Positions 1 through 13,596 of a DNA stretch of 64,000 bases are shown here, one piece after another (position 1 is the first letter of the stretch; every line of letters starts with the position of its first letter). Source of the DNA: Neodothiora populina. Taxonomy: Eukaryota. The notes beneath the pieces were generated by a model that saw only the letters and a program-made list of their open reading frames with translations, made no database searches and was not told the DNA's origin. A program made the translations under genes and the position numbers. The stretch spans positions 1,612,001-1,676,000 of the forward strand of contig NW_027191413.1 of the NCBI RefSeq assembly GCF_041146345.1, read 5' to 3'.

Positions 1-1349
1 GCCTCCAGATGCCTGTGCACAACAAGTACAAGTACAGCCCAGCCCAGTAATCCAGTAGAAGCGAAAGCCACTGCACGCTGCACACGCGCTCGGATCTCTT
101 ACCTTACCTTAAGCTTCCGTTGGCGTTCACGGGCCTCCCGAGTAGTGCCGCTTTGGTGCGCCCCACATAGCATCCATGCATCCATGGATGGATCCCATGG
201 ATATACAGTAGTGTCTCCCTCGTGTATGCTTTGTGCTTGTGGATCGAAAAGTAAGTCCGTACTTGTACTTGGCAACTCCCGTTCGTCTCCTATTCCACAC
301 ATGGTCAGCCAGGTGCAGTATGGGAGGTTCCTTGACTTTTATTAGCCTATCTTGGATCACACTTCGTGGAACCCTAGACGTTTATAAGATCATTGAACCT
401 CTTCTTGGTCCACCATGTTGAACACCTCGGCATCGGACACCACACTTTGCTCTTTAACGCCTGTGTCTACTGTGCTGTGGTGATGCGAGTGCGAGACAAT
501 CAGCTTGTGCAACCCACAGTGAGATACCTTACAAGAGACCTGCACCGGTAATGCAAGTCCGACCCAGCGGACACTCGGATCGTTCCCCAGTCTCCGAATC
601 AGCAAGTGCACCGCAAGTAAACATGCAAACTTACTGCTTTTGCACGCAAAGAAATGCCAGCGAGATGAACCCTCGGAGCCCTACGGATGCACTCCATCTG
701 CTTCGCTTGTGCTGTATGCTTACAGTATCTCTTTCACTGGAACAAGAGTTTTGCCGCGCGCTTATACGGTCGACGTGACTTTCTTTGGGATCTTGTTGTC
801 CAAAGCAGCATAACTTGCACTGCTCAAGGGAGCCGTCGGTTGAATCAAAAGGCCTTGAGGTACGTGAGACATTGAGAAGCCATGTCGGTATACCTTAACG
901 AGGTACGGTACTCGGATAGTCCGTACAGTGCCTGAGCTTGCGGCACAGGTACTGTACTTGTACACGGCCACTGCGAAGTAAAATCCCATGTGGAGTAAGT
1001 GCGTGTCTTAGTCCCTGATAGCGTTGCGAGCCCTCGGCTGAGATGCGAACAGCCCTGGAGATCGATCTGTAGGGCTGAGTTGTAGATGGAGTCCGAACGA
1101 GTCCAAAACATCCGTTCGCCGACCCCTTAGGCATCACATAGGTACTCTACGCAAAGCCAGTCCTGTACTGTACAGATCCAGAGTGGATTCCTGACCTCAT
1201 AAGGCTTACCTCGACTACAGCCTCACATCCTAGGATCCTAGGCTTCACTTGCACCTGTTTTCATCTCAGCACCGCACAACACACACCAATAGCTACGACC
1301 AGTGCATCAGCCTCACGTCGACTGAAAGGCGAATCGCACATCCTTCGCC

Positions 1350-2138
1350 ATGCAGACAATGAACCAGATGGCGGGCGTACACGACCCTGCACCAGCTGGG
1401 TTCCCCGAACCACCACCTATCCCGCAGGACGACCCGGACCTCGAAGGGCAAACCACTCAATCGATCAAATCCCGTCCCTCACGCTCATCACTACCACCAA
1501 ATCGACAACCATCTCGCCGCACCATGAACGATGGCCAGTCATTACATCCCTCGGTGAGACAACAGGAAACCCTGGCGCCGCCAGACCGCTACACCATGTC
1601 ACGACACTCGGCCGAGTCCAGTATTGGTGGGTCCGAGATGGAAATCGAATGGGGTCCTCGACATCCTTGCTATCCACACCCGAATCCACACGTTCCCCTT
1701 GATTCACCGGAATATACGACCACACGGATCATCAGGGTGCAGCGGGACTGGCTCGTCGCAGGCGATCTCTACCCGGCCTTCCAGAATCTCTACCCCGAGA
1801 TATTGATCGGCTATGTGAGCGAAGATGACTTTAGAAAGATCATCGAGACTACAAACAAAATGCTCAAGGAGGCCTTCAATCCATGGGCGACGGGTAATTG
1901 GTTCGATGCTTTCTTGGGCATCGCGACTGGCTTTCTATGGGACAACACAGGTCTCACGGCTACCAAGCGGAAAGTGGCTCGACTGGAACGTTGGGTTGAC
2001 GAGTGGAACTACGAGGCGCAGCGGGGGGGCAACGACGTCTTATTGATAGGCCCTCGCAAGACCGGCTTCTTGACGTTAGACATACAGATCCCCGACCCGA
2101 AGATCGATGATGGTTCTCCCACGCCGGCTCACACATGA
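1350..2138 (+). CDS. ERF4: Ras palmitoyltransferase accessory subunit Erf4/Shr5 (golgin A7 family)
   Basis: Single 262-aa ORF containing WGPRHPCYPHPNPHVP...TRIIRVQRDW...PAFQNLYPEIL and C-terminal TGFLTLDIQIPDP, as in filamentous-fungal Erf4 proteins. Confidence 0.85.
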   Translation: MQTMNQMAGVHDPAPAGFPEPPPIPQDDPDLEGQTTQSIKSRPSRSSLPPNRQPSRRTMNDGQSLHPSVRQQETLAPPDRYTMSRHSAESSIGGSEMEIEWGPRHPCYPHPNPHVPLDSPEYTTTRIIRVQRDWLVAGDLYPAFQNLYPEILIGYVSEDDFRKIIETTNKMLKEAFNPWATGNWFDAFLGIATGFLWDNTGLTATKRKVARLERWVDEWNYEAQRGGNDVLLIGPRKTGFLTLDIQIPDPKIDDGSPTPAHT

Positions 2139-2592
2139 TTTTTGAAGCAATAGTGGCAAGGTCAGCGACACGGCAGCGTAGCATGTGGCATCCAATGGCG
2201 TTTGATTCTGCGGGGCTTGTTTTGGTGAAGATATACCCATTGTGCGTTTCTTCTTTTGTTCAAGTCTTATCTTATTTTAAAGTGACACCGACGGGCAAGG
2301 ACGTTATTCCGTGGCTCCATTGAGCAGACGCGAATAGTAATCTTAATTCCTTATTCCCAAAAGCTGGTGGTGACTGACTGCTCTCTACCGGCACAATCTA
2401 ATTGTCTTCATGTCTTCAACCCAAAGAACAAACGCCTTTTACTGGTGCGTAAACTCGATTCCCAGATAACCCACCCGGTAAACTCCATGCAAAATGCAGC
2501 ACTCATATCGTCGCGGTATATCGCCCCAACCATAACCACTTCACAGCCGTGAATGAAATCCGATTAATCCAGCATTGATCCATGGCCATGGT

Positions 2593-3135
2593 CTACTTTC
2601 TCTTGGGCCCTCTTGGCTTGGTGAAGGACATCTTGTTGCGAGGCTTGCGAATGCGCTTCTTGTCGATGGCAGCCCTCTTCTCCTCCTTTGCTCGCTTCTC
2701 AGCCTTGATCCAGCTTGATCGAGGCAGCTTGGCACCGTCAACCTCCATGGCAGTCTCTGGGAGTGGGTCAGCAAGACGGTCCTTTCAGCAAAATGTCACG
2801 AAGCACCGTTCGGTCATGTTTATTGGGACAAGGAGTACGGACCTCCTGCGGCTGCTGTCGAAGTTGACTCGGCATCTGCCTTCTTCGCTTTCGCTGCTAC
2901 TTTGATGTCAGTTCCATTGTCGACTGTGAAATTCCGAGTATCCTTCTTGATAGCGTGTACCATCATCGGTCTGCTCAACCTCCATTTCCTCTCTGGCTGG
3001 TTTCGGCTGGGAGACCAACTCCATCAATTTGGCATTCAATCGTTCGGCGCGGGCAGTCTCGACGGGTCCGAAGACCTTGGCCTTGAGGACCCGATTGTTC
3101 GTCTTCCTGACACTGTTTCTTGCGCCTTTGGCCAT
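2593..3135 (-). CDS. DUF2423/UPF0642 small basic protein (YBL028C-like), 3 exons
   Basis: Begins MAKGARNSVRKTNNRVLKAKVFGPVETARAERLNAKL. Two GT..AG introns with CTGAC branch sites splice in frame to MEVDGAK...KKRIRKPRNKMSFTKPRGPKRK-TAG. Confidence 0.8.
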
Positions 3136-3782
3136 TTTTACGGTGCTGTCGTTTCGTGGTAATGAACGGAGGGAGGGGGAGAAGGTGGGGAAGAATGGGA
3201 AGTCAACAAGTATAGGTAATATTCGTACTTCTTTCTTTGCCTGATTTGATTTAATTTCTGAGAATTCACTGATAGCGGCTTGTCTTAACGCCGACATATG
3301 GGTGGTCTGTGCGAGACATACTTTTGGTCAAATCCAATCGACGGTCCGTCACTTCATCCGCGCATGACTGAGGGCGAGAACGACGTGGGAAAAGAACAAA
3401 AACATAATGACGAGTTGAGATAATGGTTCCCCAGAGTGCGCTACAGTTTTGACGGTAGATGGAATCATAGCGACAGCGTCCAAGTCTATGAATTTGGGTT
3501 ATACTTTGGCAACATCATCATTACATCCTCAGCCCAGCCAGTGTCGAAGAAAACGATCACTCCTCGGCGCATTTACTGCATTTGCCGCGAGTAACTCTCA
3601 CCACCCACTGTCATGCTATGTCCACCCCGTCTCCGTACGCTCACGCAACTCCGACAACACAAGCGTCCTTTTTCCTTCACATATACATCAGCGACGTGAC
3701 ATTCGGCCTGGCCAACAACCCACATAAAGTAGTGGTCGATCATTAGACTACCTTCCTTCGGGGAGGCACGCAACGAGAAGAG

Positions 3783-5897
3783 ATGGCTTCGCAGGCAGAT
3801 ATCAACACTATGCTCCGTGACAGACGAGGTGTCGAAGCAAAGATCCAAAGTCTCATAAACAACGACCTCAAGGAGATATGTCGAGGAGAGAACCTTGCGG
3901 TATCAGGAGTTAAGGCGCAACTGCAGACTAGAATTCTTAGACGTTGGTCACTCCTGCCTTTTTTGGTCCCCCTTCGCGCTGGCTTGCCACGTTGTTCTGT
4001 GACGGCTTGATGAATTTGTAACACATGTTGGCCTCTGCCTGCTAATCACAAGACTCTCACAGACCTCGACGATTTGATACGTAACAACGATGCGCTTGGT
4101 TTCCAGAGAATACGCCATCGCTGTCTCAGGAACGGTCGCCTCGATGGCTTCATCCCCCCATACAGCCTTGATTCTACCGCTTCAATATCACCCGCGCCTG
4201 CTGCGCCGCATCGCCCAATGGTTCCTACCTATCCAAGACCTTCCCTACCCGGCTTCCACGGGTCCCATGGGAGCAAGACCTATCCCATTGCTGGTAAATC
4301 CCTGATTATATTACTTCTGTACATCGATAATCGCTGACACGGAGCAGCAACACGCACGCTTAACTTCAAGCCCAGTCCCTTTTACACTCAATTAGAACCC
4401 ATAACTCCTCCGCAAGATCTCACAGGTGAGCAGATTTGGACCCTTGATGATTTGGACACCCCGGAGCTCACAATTTCGACCAGAAATGCAAAGTAATAGA
4501 CACACGGTCTACATGAACATCAACTTGAATAATGCCGTATGTGAGCGCCTGAGGGCAGATCCGAAGCTGCGCGTCATGGTCTACTGTACTGCTGCCACTC
4601 CCATCGCCTCCTATGCCGCCGTCGACATTTCATTCCCCGGTCAAATCGAAGTCAAGGTCAACGGAGATGATGTAAGGTCGAATTTCAAGGGTTTGAAGAA
4701 CAAACCGGGCACCACGAAGCCCGCTGATATCACCGACCTCGTGCGCAAGGCGCCTGGATACAACAACAACTTACAGATCACATACGCCCTTACCACCAAG
4801 GTAAGCAGCTCTGATACCCCAGATGGTCTGACCGTGCTAAGTTTGACGTAGAAATACACCGTGGTGGTCAACCTAGTACACAAGAAGTCTGCAGAGGCAC
4901 TGGCTGAGCAGGTCAGGCAGGGTCGATTCATCTCCAAGAGTAGAGTTCTTGAAGAAAGTGCGTGTGCATTGTTTGCGGAGTTCTGTCGCGCGAAAGCTGA
5001 TGTTTTGTAGTGGCTGCCAAAGCGAGCGATCCCGACATCATCGCCACTTCCACGGTCATGTCCCTCAAGGATCCCATCTCCACGATGCGCCTGTCTTTGC
5101 CGTGCAGATCGACCGTGTGCACCCACAACCAATGTTTTGACGGCTCGTACTTCCTCCAGCTGCAAGAACAAGCTCCCACATGGACCTGTCCGGTCTGTAA
5201 CAAAGTGATCGGCTACGAGTCTCTTAATGTGGATCAGTACGTGCAAGACATTCTCCAGCAAACCAGCAGCTCCACAGAACAAGTCACTATTGAACCCGAT
5301 GGGTCGTGGCACCCTGTGGTCCAGGGCGATGACTCGGCCGGAAACCGAGGCAAGGGTCAGGCGAGAGCATCATATGATAACGACAGTGACGACGACATCA
5401 TTGAAATCCAGGAGTCCACTACGGGCAAGGTCAAGAATGAGCCAGTCGCGGCTACTCCAGGTATCGCACAACAGACACCGCCGCTCTCGTCACGAGAGGC
5501 TTCTATGGCGACGCCCGTAACCGCGAGACCTACTGCCAAGCGTCCATCAGCAGTCATCGACCTGACGCTCTCGGACGACGATGAACCGCCCCGGCCTGCG
5601 AAGAGAATGCATACAAGTCAGAATACCAATTCACATTACAACAACACTCTGTCGAACATGACAAATGGCAGGGGTCCTGAAATGACACGTGGACAGTCGG
5701 ACGAGTTACTTTCCATGCTTCTGGAGAACGGATCCGACGCGTTGCCTCCTCTACAAGCGGAGCGGCCGAACGGGGGTCTACAGCATGGTCAACGGCTCCC
5801 ATGGCCAACAGGACAGCTACAGAATACTGCATGGTCACCAGGCAAGGACAACACCAACGGAAACCATAATGGTGGATACACCACTGGGCCAAGATGA
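3783..5897 (+). CDS. SIZ1: SIZ/PIAS-type E3 SUMO ligase (SAP-like, PINIT and SP-RING/MIZ domains), 6 exons
   Basis: LKEICRGENLAVSGVKAQLQTRI (SAP-like); FPGQIEVKVN...GLKNKPGTTKPADIT (PINIT); SLKDPIS-x5-LPCRSTVCTHNQCFD...WTCPVC (SP-RING); SIM-like IIEI and VIDLT. Five canonical introns. Confidence 0.92.
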
Positions 5898-7080
5898 AGC
5901 TCGGTCTCGAGTTTATCTGGCTCTTCATGTTTAATGACTTATTCGGCACACGAAAGCGAGGCGTTCTGGGCGGTATCAAGGAAGGACAGATGGGAAAGAT
6001 CTTCGGGGAGAAAACCGGTATATTGATTTTCTCACGTGCACCACAGCATCGAGGCTTGTGTATGTGTATGTAGATGGACGATGGCGCTGCAGGACACACG
6101 GAACAACAAAAGGATACCCTGGGGCACACCTGCAGCAGCAGGATATGCGATGCAGTCCATACCTCTACAGTGGTTGTAATGGAAACAAAAAGTCTACGGC
6201 TTGTGAACAGAACACAGTCGCACTATACACACGTGATACTGTAGCTGCAGTGGTGCCCAGAACCCTCCAACATACCCCACGGATAGTGGAAATCTGCGGA
6301 CTGAGAAGATCGCTTGGCAAATAAATGAAATGTGCCTGGATGTGGAGCAACTTCTCCATCTAATCTAAGTGTCTTAGGGTGGCGACAAAGAAAGTTTTGC
6401 TTTAGCAAGAACTTATCTCCGAGATTGAGAGCGACGCGCTTGAGTGGTGGAAGGTAGCTTCCGACTCCTGCCGTTGAGCCTCGTACTCGGCAAAGATTGA
6501 ATAGTACACCGGGTATCATGTCATTTAGATCAATGACAGTGTATTCATATCATGAAAGCGAAAGTGAGGGCAGGATTGAAGTGGTGAAATGAAGATTCCC
6601 TGTTCAGCCAAAACCTGTCGTACGACATCTCTGGTGACATGGAGCAGCAGTGCATTGAGTTCGTCGGACGGGCAGAAATAGAGTAGATGCACGGCATATG
6701 GCCCTCAACCCCTGGCGCCAGGGTCCTGTTGGGTGCTGCACAAAACAAGTAAAGCTAGACTCTTGCACGTGTTATTAACAAATTATGGTCTGATCTCGTT
6801 TGCCCGCCATTTGCCATTTGCGCCTCTGTTCTGATCGTCAAACAACATAAGGTACCTTGACCCGCCTCTATTCCAACTAGCCGTCATTCATTCTTTGAGT
6901 CGGGTTTCTAGAGTTCCTGTATCTTGAGAGTCCTTTCACTCACTGTCGTTGATTCCTCCGTCCCACTCTCTTGACATAGATAGTCCGTGAAGGTCTTTTT
7001 GTCTTGTCGCCTGCCAACGACCGCCTTCCTATTCCGATAATTCCGATTGCGCCAAATTTCACAGCAAGAGCTCGCGCAAG

Positions 7081-8288
7081 ATGGATATCGTACTCGAGAT
7101 CTTCGACACCTATGTGTTCGACCGCCTGTATGCCGCCGCCGCCCCCCTAACGCCGGCGATGCTGGCCTTCAGCTCCGTCGACACATTGGCCGACCCTTCC
7201 AATGCTACGTGGTCGAGCTTCAAGGAAGGTGCCACGCCTGGCGCCTACCAATTCCAGCCTGCTAGCCAATACTTCTCCGTGGAACCCAGCAACTACGCCT
7301 ACATGAGTCGCCTGCCGCGTGACAATATTTGGAGGCAGAGCATCAGTTTGTTTCTTATCACATGGTAAGCAATCGAAGCTGTGAACCTTCACTTTGTATC
7401 TCGAGCCTAGAACTGATGGATTTCGTCTACAGGGTCTTCGGACTGGTCAATTACTTTGTTTGCGCCGGCCTCTCTTACTTGTTCGTCTTCGACAAGGGTA
7501 CCTTCCAGCATCCCAAGTACCTCAAGAACCAGATGAGCATGGAGATCAAGCAGACGCTCAACGCAATGCCCGTTATTGCAATTCTGACAGTGCCTTGGTT
7601 CGTCGCCGAGATCCGAGGATTCTCTATGATTTACGACAAGTTGCCCGAGGACTCTGCCTGGAACTTGGGTGGCTGGTACATCTTCCTGCAGTTTCCTTTC
7701 TTTGTCGCCTTCACCGATCTCTGCATCTACTGGATCCACCGTGGCTTGCACCACCCGATGGTCTACAAGACCCTCCACAAGCCTCACCACAAGTGGATCA
7801 TGCCGACTCCCTTTGCCTCGCACGCTTTCCACCCTCTCGACGGCTACGCCCAGTCCGTGCCTTACCACGTCTTCCCCTTCCTCTTCCCTCTCCAGAAGTT
7901 CGCCTATATTGCGCTCTTCATGTTCATCAACATCTGGACTGTCCTGATCCACGATGGAGAGTACGTGGCTAATAGCCCCATCATCAACGGCGCCGCTTGC
8001 CATACCATGCACGTAAGTTTGTTGTTCTTCTCCTGCATTCCGCGCAAAATAGCTGACTAATTGCGTTCACAGCATCTCTACTTCAACTACAACTACGGTC
8101 AATTCACCACTCTCTGGGACCGTCTGGGCGGCAGCTACAGGAAGCCCAACGAGGAGCTCTTCCGCAGGGAGACCAAGATGGCCTCGGACGAGTGGAACAG
8201 ACAGGCCAAAGAGATGGAGAAGATTGTCAAGGAAGTCGAGGGCGACGACGACAGAAGCTACGGCCCCGAAAGCAAGAAGGTCCAGTAG
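7081..8288 (+). CDS. ERG3: C-5 sterol desaturase, 3 exons
   Basis: [18 protein letters not shown] start; His boxes HRGLH, HKPHH and [32 protein letters not shown]. Introns at about 7365-7431 and 8013-8072. Confidence 0.97.
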
Positions 8289-8706
8289 TTCATTTCTACT
8301 GCCACTCCTGTTGTTGTACATTTAATTCACTACCGTTCCGACCTTGGGAACCGACAAAAGCTCATTTTCCCGTTGCGTCGAAAACTGGCTTCCTTTTCTT
8401 TCTTTTTCTTAAGATTACACACATTACCTACTCTGTTTCATTGCTATTTGCATGGCGACCGGCGCATATAGATCGGATGGCTGCTCAGATGATTGGTTGG
8501 TTGAACTCGTTGGCTAGTGAATCACTAGTCCTCGGAGGGGGGCATGTTTCAAGAATCATGACATGTTTTCATGTTTTCCATGTTTCTCTTGTTTTGGGGT
8601 GCTGCTCTTTTTGCGGAGACATAGATCGAGAGATATGAAGAAAGGAGATGATGGCTCTGGCTATGTCGGGATCTCGAATATCACTTTTCTTGCTTGTCAC
8701 TTGTCT

Positions 8707-8728
8707 TGCTGCTGTTGCTGCTGCTGCT
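8707..8728. repeat. Short imperfect (TGC)n microsatellite downstream of ERG3
   Basis: tgctgctgttgctgctgctgct read directly. Confidence 0.7.
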
Positions 8729-11700
8729 TGCTTCTCATAGTCCTCGGTGAGTGGTTGAATGTGATGATGTTCACAAGACTGAAAAATGTTGTCTCGGTCC
8801 TTCTGGCTTGGAAATGTGCATTTATACGCCTATTGCGAAAAAAACACCTCTTTGCGATCGGTCAAGAGTGAAGTGAAGAACAATCTTGTATTCCAGGTCG
8901 TGGGGGACCCTGTCCATTTTGGTGCCTGGATCTTCAATTTTCCCTTTTCTTTCTTGTCTACCTGACATGGTTGTTCTGTGGCAGTATTGCTCTTTCTAAG
9001 TAAGATTCTCCTATCGATTATACTCTATACGCTCAAGTGAAGGAGTTCCTCGAAGAGGAGAAGAGTACAGGTTGGGGTTTGCGTTGAACTGGCTATGGTA
9101 ACATAATTGCTTGTTCTGGAGCTTTCTTGGGTAAGGTAGGTATTGCTCTCTCTCCGCTTATCTGATTGTCTCGTCGTTTCTCTGCTACGATGTCCTTGTC
9201 ATCTTCCTGTTGGATTTGACAGACACAGTGTATTGCAGCTACGATGTAGGTATCATGTACTCTTCATAGGCTTTAATACTGATTGGATATATCACACCGT
9301 CGCAAAGACGGAGATCTGACGTTTATCACGACTATGGTGAGGGCAGAGAATCACCTGGGTACGAGGTCTCTGGTCCAGCTGAGGTACTCTTCTCATCTCC
9401 AGTGCAGTAATGTCACTTTACTCTCATCGGCTCCAATATACACCAAGAACCTAGACCCATCAAGCCCCAGCCTCCCTGTGTGAGCTGTAGTATCACCCTT
9501 TCCCGGATCTAGAACACAAACAATCAATCAGGCTCCACTTGTGAGGTGGAATATGCACAGGGCACACAAGCACCGTATCTCGCTCCCAGTGCTCTGCCAT
9601 CGAAAGTAGGTCAAGTAAACATGAATGTCTTCTCCGTGGATGCTTTTCGATTGGGCACTTAGGTACTAGATCCATCTGTTATTTGTATGGTCGGTGATGT
9701 GTCCAGGTAAGTCTGTTTGTAATGTCGACTATAGCGAGAGCTTCACGACTGCTGGAGTCGCTGCCGATTGAGCCGTCAACGTTATTGCTTGGGTGCCCTG
9801 CCGCACTGTAAGACATGCGCATACGTGGACAGGATAATGCATTGAGAAAGATGTAATGGATATGGAGGACGACTCGGGGGTCTCGAGAAAGAAATCGTTT
9901 CTTGTTCATCGCCTTACGAGGCTATTGCTTGCTTGATTAGGCTGCTGTATCTTTCACAGCAAGTAAGATACTTTTTAGGATCTTGGGGTTGAGGCATTCG
10001 ACTGGTTCTACGGTACTTGATGCGATATGGAAGGTTACTGTAGATCCTTGTACCTGTTTCGATGCATGTGCTTAATATGAACAATACACACATACTCATG
10101 CGTCTCTAGTCCTTCGGGAGTACTCGACAAATGAATGCATTGTCCTGTGTATCGGGATCAGATTGGTTGAATATGGCTTCGGTCCACAACAGATCCGGCC
10201 ATATTTATTCTGCCCTGGCAGTAATGCAGAAAACGAAGAGCAGTGGCGGTCAATTCAGACTCGAGGAAAGATAGATCAACTTGGATCTTCGCATTCCCGA
10301 GTGATCACATGCTCGCCCCGCTCCCACCGTACCGACTTTCTGCTACTGCTACTGCTGCAATTCCCATCCTTGCAAGCGAGAAACGGGCTCGGGTATGATG
10401 CGAGTCAAAGATCAACTCAGCAATTAGATCCTTTCTGCAACATGTGTTTCATGTGCACCCCCACTGATCGTTTGTGGTCCTTTCGCCCTTCCTTAGACAC
10501 TGTGACTAATATATCCTTGCACGAGCAGACGAGGGCCGTGAACCAATTTAATACCGACTATACTGTACCTCTGTAGCCTCGTCTTGAAACCGGAAGCTTT
10601 TGCGAAAGGTAGGTACTTGTACTTTCTGCCCTTTCGACAACGCCTCCCGACACATTTCACGAACCAGAGGAGCCAGCCTCTCCCTTGGGAAAAAACATGC
10701 GCATCGGGGATCGTGCTTACATCTCGCCTGACCTCCAGCCAGCCAGTACCTGCAGACATAGGTACGCCCTATCGTATGCCTGTCCGCCACCCCCGACCGG
10801 ATGACTGGCTGACCGACCGACCGTCCGATGACCGTGGGTCGATCCCCCACTCAAGCTTGTCCTGCATGATGTTGTAATGTCATGGTCAAGATTTCTGGGG
10901 ATATCGTTCCTAGCGCAGTCAAGGGGAGAGGTCGATCTTCAACGCGTGCTCGACATACTTTAATTGTCTTAGATGCTATAGTTGTATGAGCTGGCGAAGA
11001 ACGAGTATTGCCCGAACACAATGATAGCAAGGCTCTTGGCTTTATGAGTCAAGAGTAGTGGTAAAAAGGTTATGCGGTACAGTGCATCATGCGCATTTCA
11101 TTCGACCAGGGTCGGCTATACCCCGATACTGTATGCAAGGACTTCGTTAGTTGAATTGCGGACCAAATCTTGACATCAAGAAGCAGGCTAAGGTCTGCAA
11201 CATGCTGGTCATGGCTGAAAATACAATGAGAGCAGTGGACAAAGCTGGAGTCGAGTCCGGTTCACTCTTGCATGCTCGCCGCAGATGAATCGAGGGCAGA
11301 CATATGTGTCTTGGTCTTGCGGGAGACACCTTGAATGATTGAGTTGATTCCCATCAGCATTGTCCAAATTCAGAGGCTGGGGGCGATCATCGGATCCAAT
11401 CTTACTCGAATCTGCCTGTACCTTGATTTTGAACACTAACCATGACTCGAAAGTAGCAGATAGCCGAGCTCATGTCATATCTTGACCAGTGAGACCTGAT
11501 TCGCTTACAGTCCTTCTTCAGAGTCTTCAGCTGACTACAAGTGGCTCAATCAGCTTACTCGAGGTACTTGAGCAGAGTCGTATTTGTACTGTACATGTAT
11601 GTAAAGCATAACGTTGCAGCATGCACTAATCTTCAAGGAGGGGGTTCCGGGTGTAGGTTGGCACATGTCTCTAGTGTCCTATCGCGGACATAGCATTAAC

Positions 11701-13596
11701 AACGCTGAAGTACGAGAGCCTTAGCTGAACACTTTGATCGCGATCGATCTGTCGCAATCTCATCAGAGTTGCGATAGACTCACAACTAAGATGTCCAGAA
11801 CTTGGTTCCATTGCATCCAATGATAATAGTCACGGTCATCGCTTGATGAGCCTAAAGAGTGCGGTAGTCTTCCGTTAGATACAACTGGACATCGAAAGTA
11901 CCGTACCTTAGGCCCGGGGTTTTGACAAGGGAACCTTAACTTTAACTTTGACTCCAAGAGGCAAGCGCAATTCCCAGCTACATTGGCGCAGAAACACCAA
12001 CATAGTGCGGTACCCTACTGTACCTTTCGTCCTGCCCTGCAACGCTCGTGTTCTTGCCCAGACGAGAGAGCTTCCATACTTTGATTCTACGAGTTTAGTG
12101 CGCGTAAGGTTGCTCTGGCGCATAGCGTATCCTTGAGGCGGCTCAACTACGATAGCTAGCGGTTTCTTGATCTTCTCAGTCATAGACTAAGGTAGGAAGC
12201 AAGAGTGTGCTCTCGGCCGGTAATTAGGAAAGACTGATACGAACAGTAGCGGTTGATCTTGGTATCTTTAATTGGAGCAGGTAAGATCTACTGCTGCCGG
12301 ATGTCTGTTAACTTGTGATTGATATAATTAAGCATGAAAAGTGTTCAACATCTAACGTCATTTTGCTGCTGCTGCATTAGTCCTGCCATTCTGAACCGGG
12401 TTATTGCACCGGGCCATTAAAGATAAAGATCTAGCTTGGTGATAATCTGTGGCTTGACGCAACGTGCAAGCAACAATGCTGAATATCGTATTCAGAACCA
12501 AAACCGCCCCGGTCGCAATTGTCTGCTTATGGGCGAATGACATGACTCCTAAGAGCCCATTTTCGGCACACTACCTGCTAAAAGGCTCGCGCCAGACATC
12601 GGAAGAAGAGCTCAGATTGACATGACACCTCATACAGGCTACAACCTCCGTCTTCGTGGAATTACACCACGCTGGTGGTTCCATTCTCGAGCGAATGACG
12701 TGCTCATTGGTGTCCTCACTTTCTCATCTGATTCACACAAGCATGAAGCCAAGTTCTATACGCCTTGAATGATAGGCGAGGTACGAGTACCTCTTGACAG
12801 ATCGCGATGCAAACCGTGAGTAAACTTTAATCAAGGTAGTTGGTTGAAAGAGCCGGCGAAGCATGCGACCTCTTTCCTTGCAATACAGTATAGTCATTGG
12901 TTACGCTGCCTGAACTCGAATCAAGAGGCTTCGCTTCATACCGCGGTCTTGCGGTCAGAGCTGCAATGCAAGAGGTCTTACCGAATGCACAGTTCCCGAC
13001 AACTTTATAAGGAACAGCATGGTGGGACAGAAATGAACATGATGATCTAGTCGTCCAACCGAGCCAACCAGGTTAGGCAAAGTGGCCGTGGATAAATGGC
13101 TGTTAGGCGAGGGCTGCACCGAGCCGCTTCGCACTTCGCTCCATGCGACGATCGCTGCGCTAACAGCTCTGACTTCATCATCCCGATTCCCTCGTCGCGT
13201 GTGTGAGGTAAGGTAGGTGAGGAGGCACATTCGGGTCTGCCATGAGGCAGCCGATCATCAGGAATGTTGCGGCTTGCTGGATCGTGATGCATTAGGGGAT
13301 TCATCTAGTAGGTCTCCACCTCACTTATGTCATTCGTGTAGCAGTCCTCCGCTGATGATTGACATAATGCTGTACCGGGCCATGTATATACTCCGGGATG
13401 GTTTCGCATTCCCTCACCTGTCGTCCGAATATGTTTGCGTATCAGTGAATGCCATTGACCTAAGTAATGATAACCCTTTCCTACCTACTTCACAAGTCTC
13501 GTTAAAGCATACCATTATCTCTTTTTATCTTCATCCTAGTCGTTTGCTGAGTGTGCTGCTTCATACATTATACCTGGAGGTCTCATAGCTGCAATC

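Noticed and set aside
171..202. CATCCATGGATG palindrome cluster
   Set aside because: Short low-complexity palindrome with no terminal inverted repeat partner or target-site duplication.
10834..10850. GTGGG-TCGATCC-CCCAC, resembling a tRNA T-arm
   Set aside because: The loop lacks the TTC consensus, and there is no D-arm, anticodon arm or acceptor stem.
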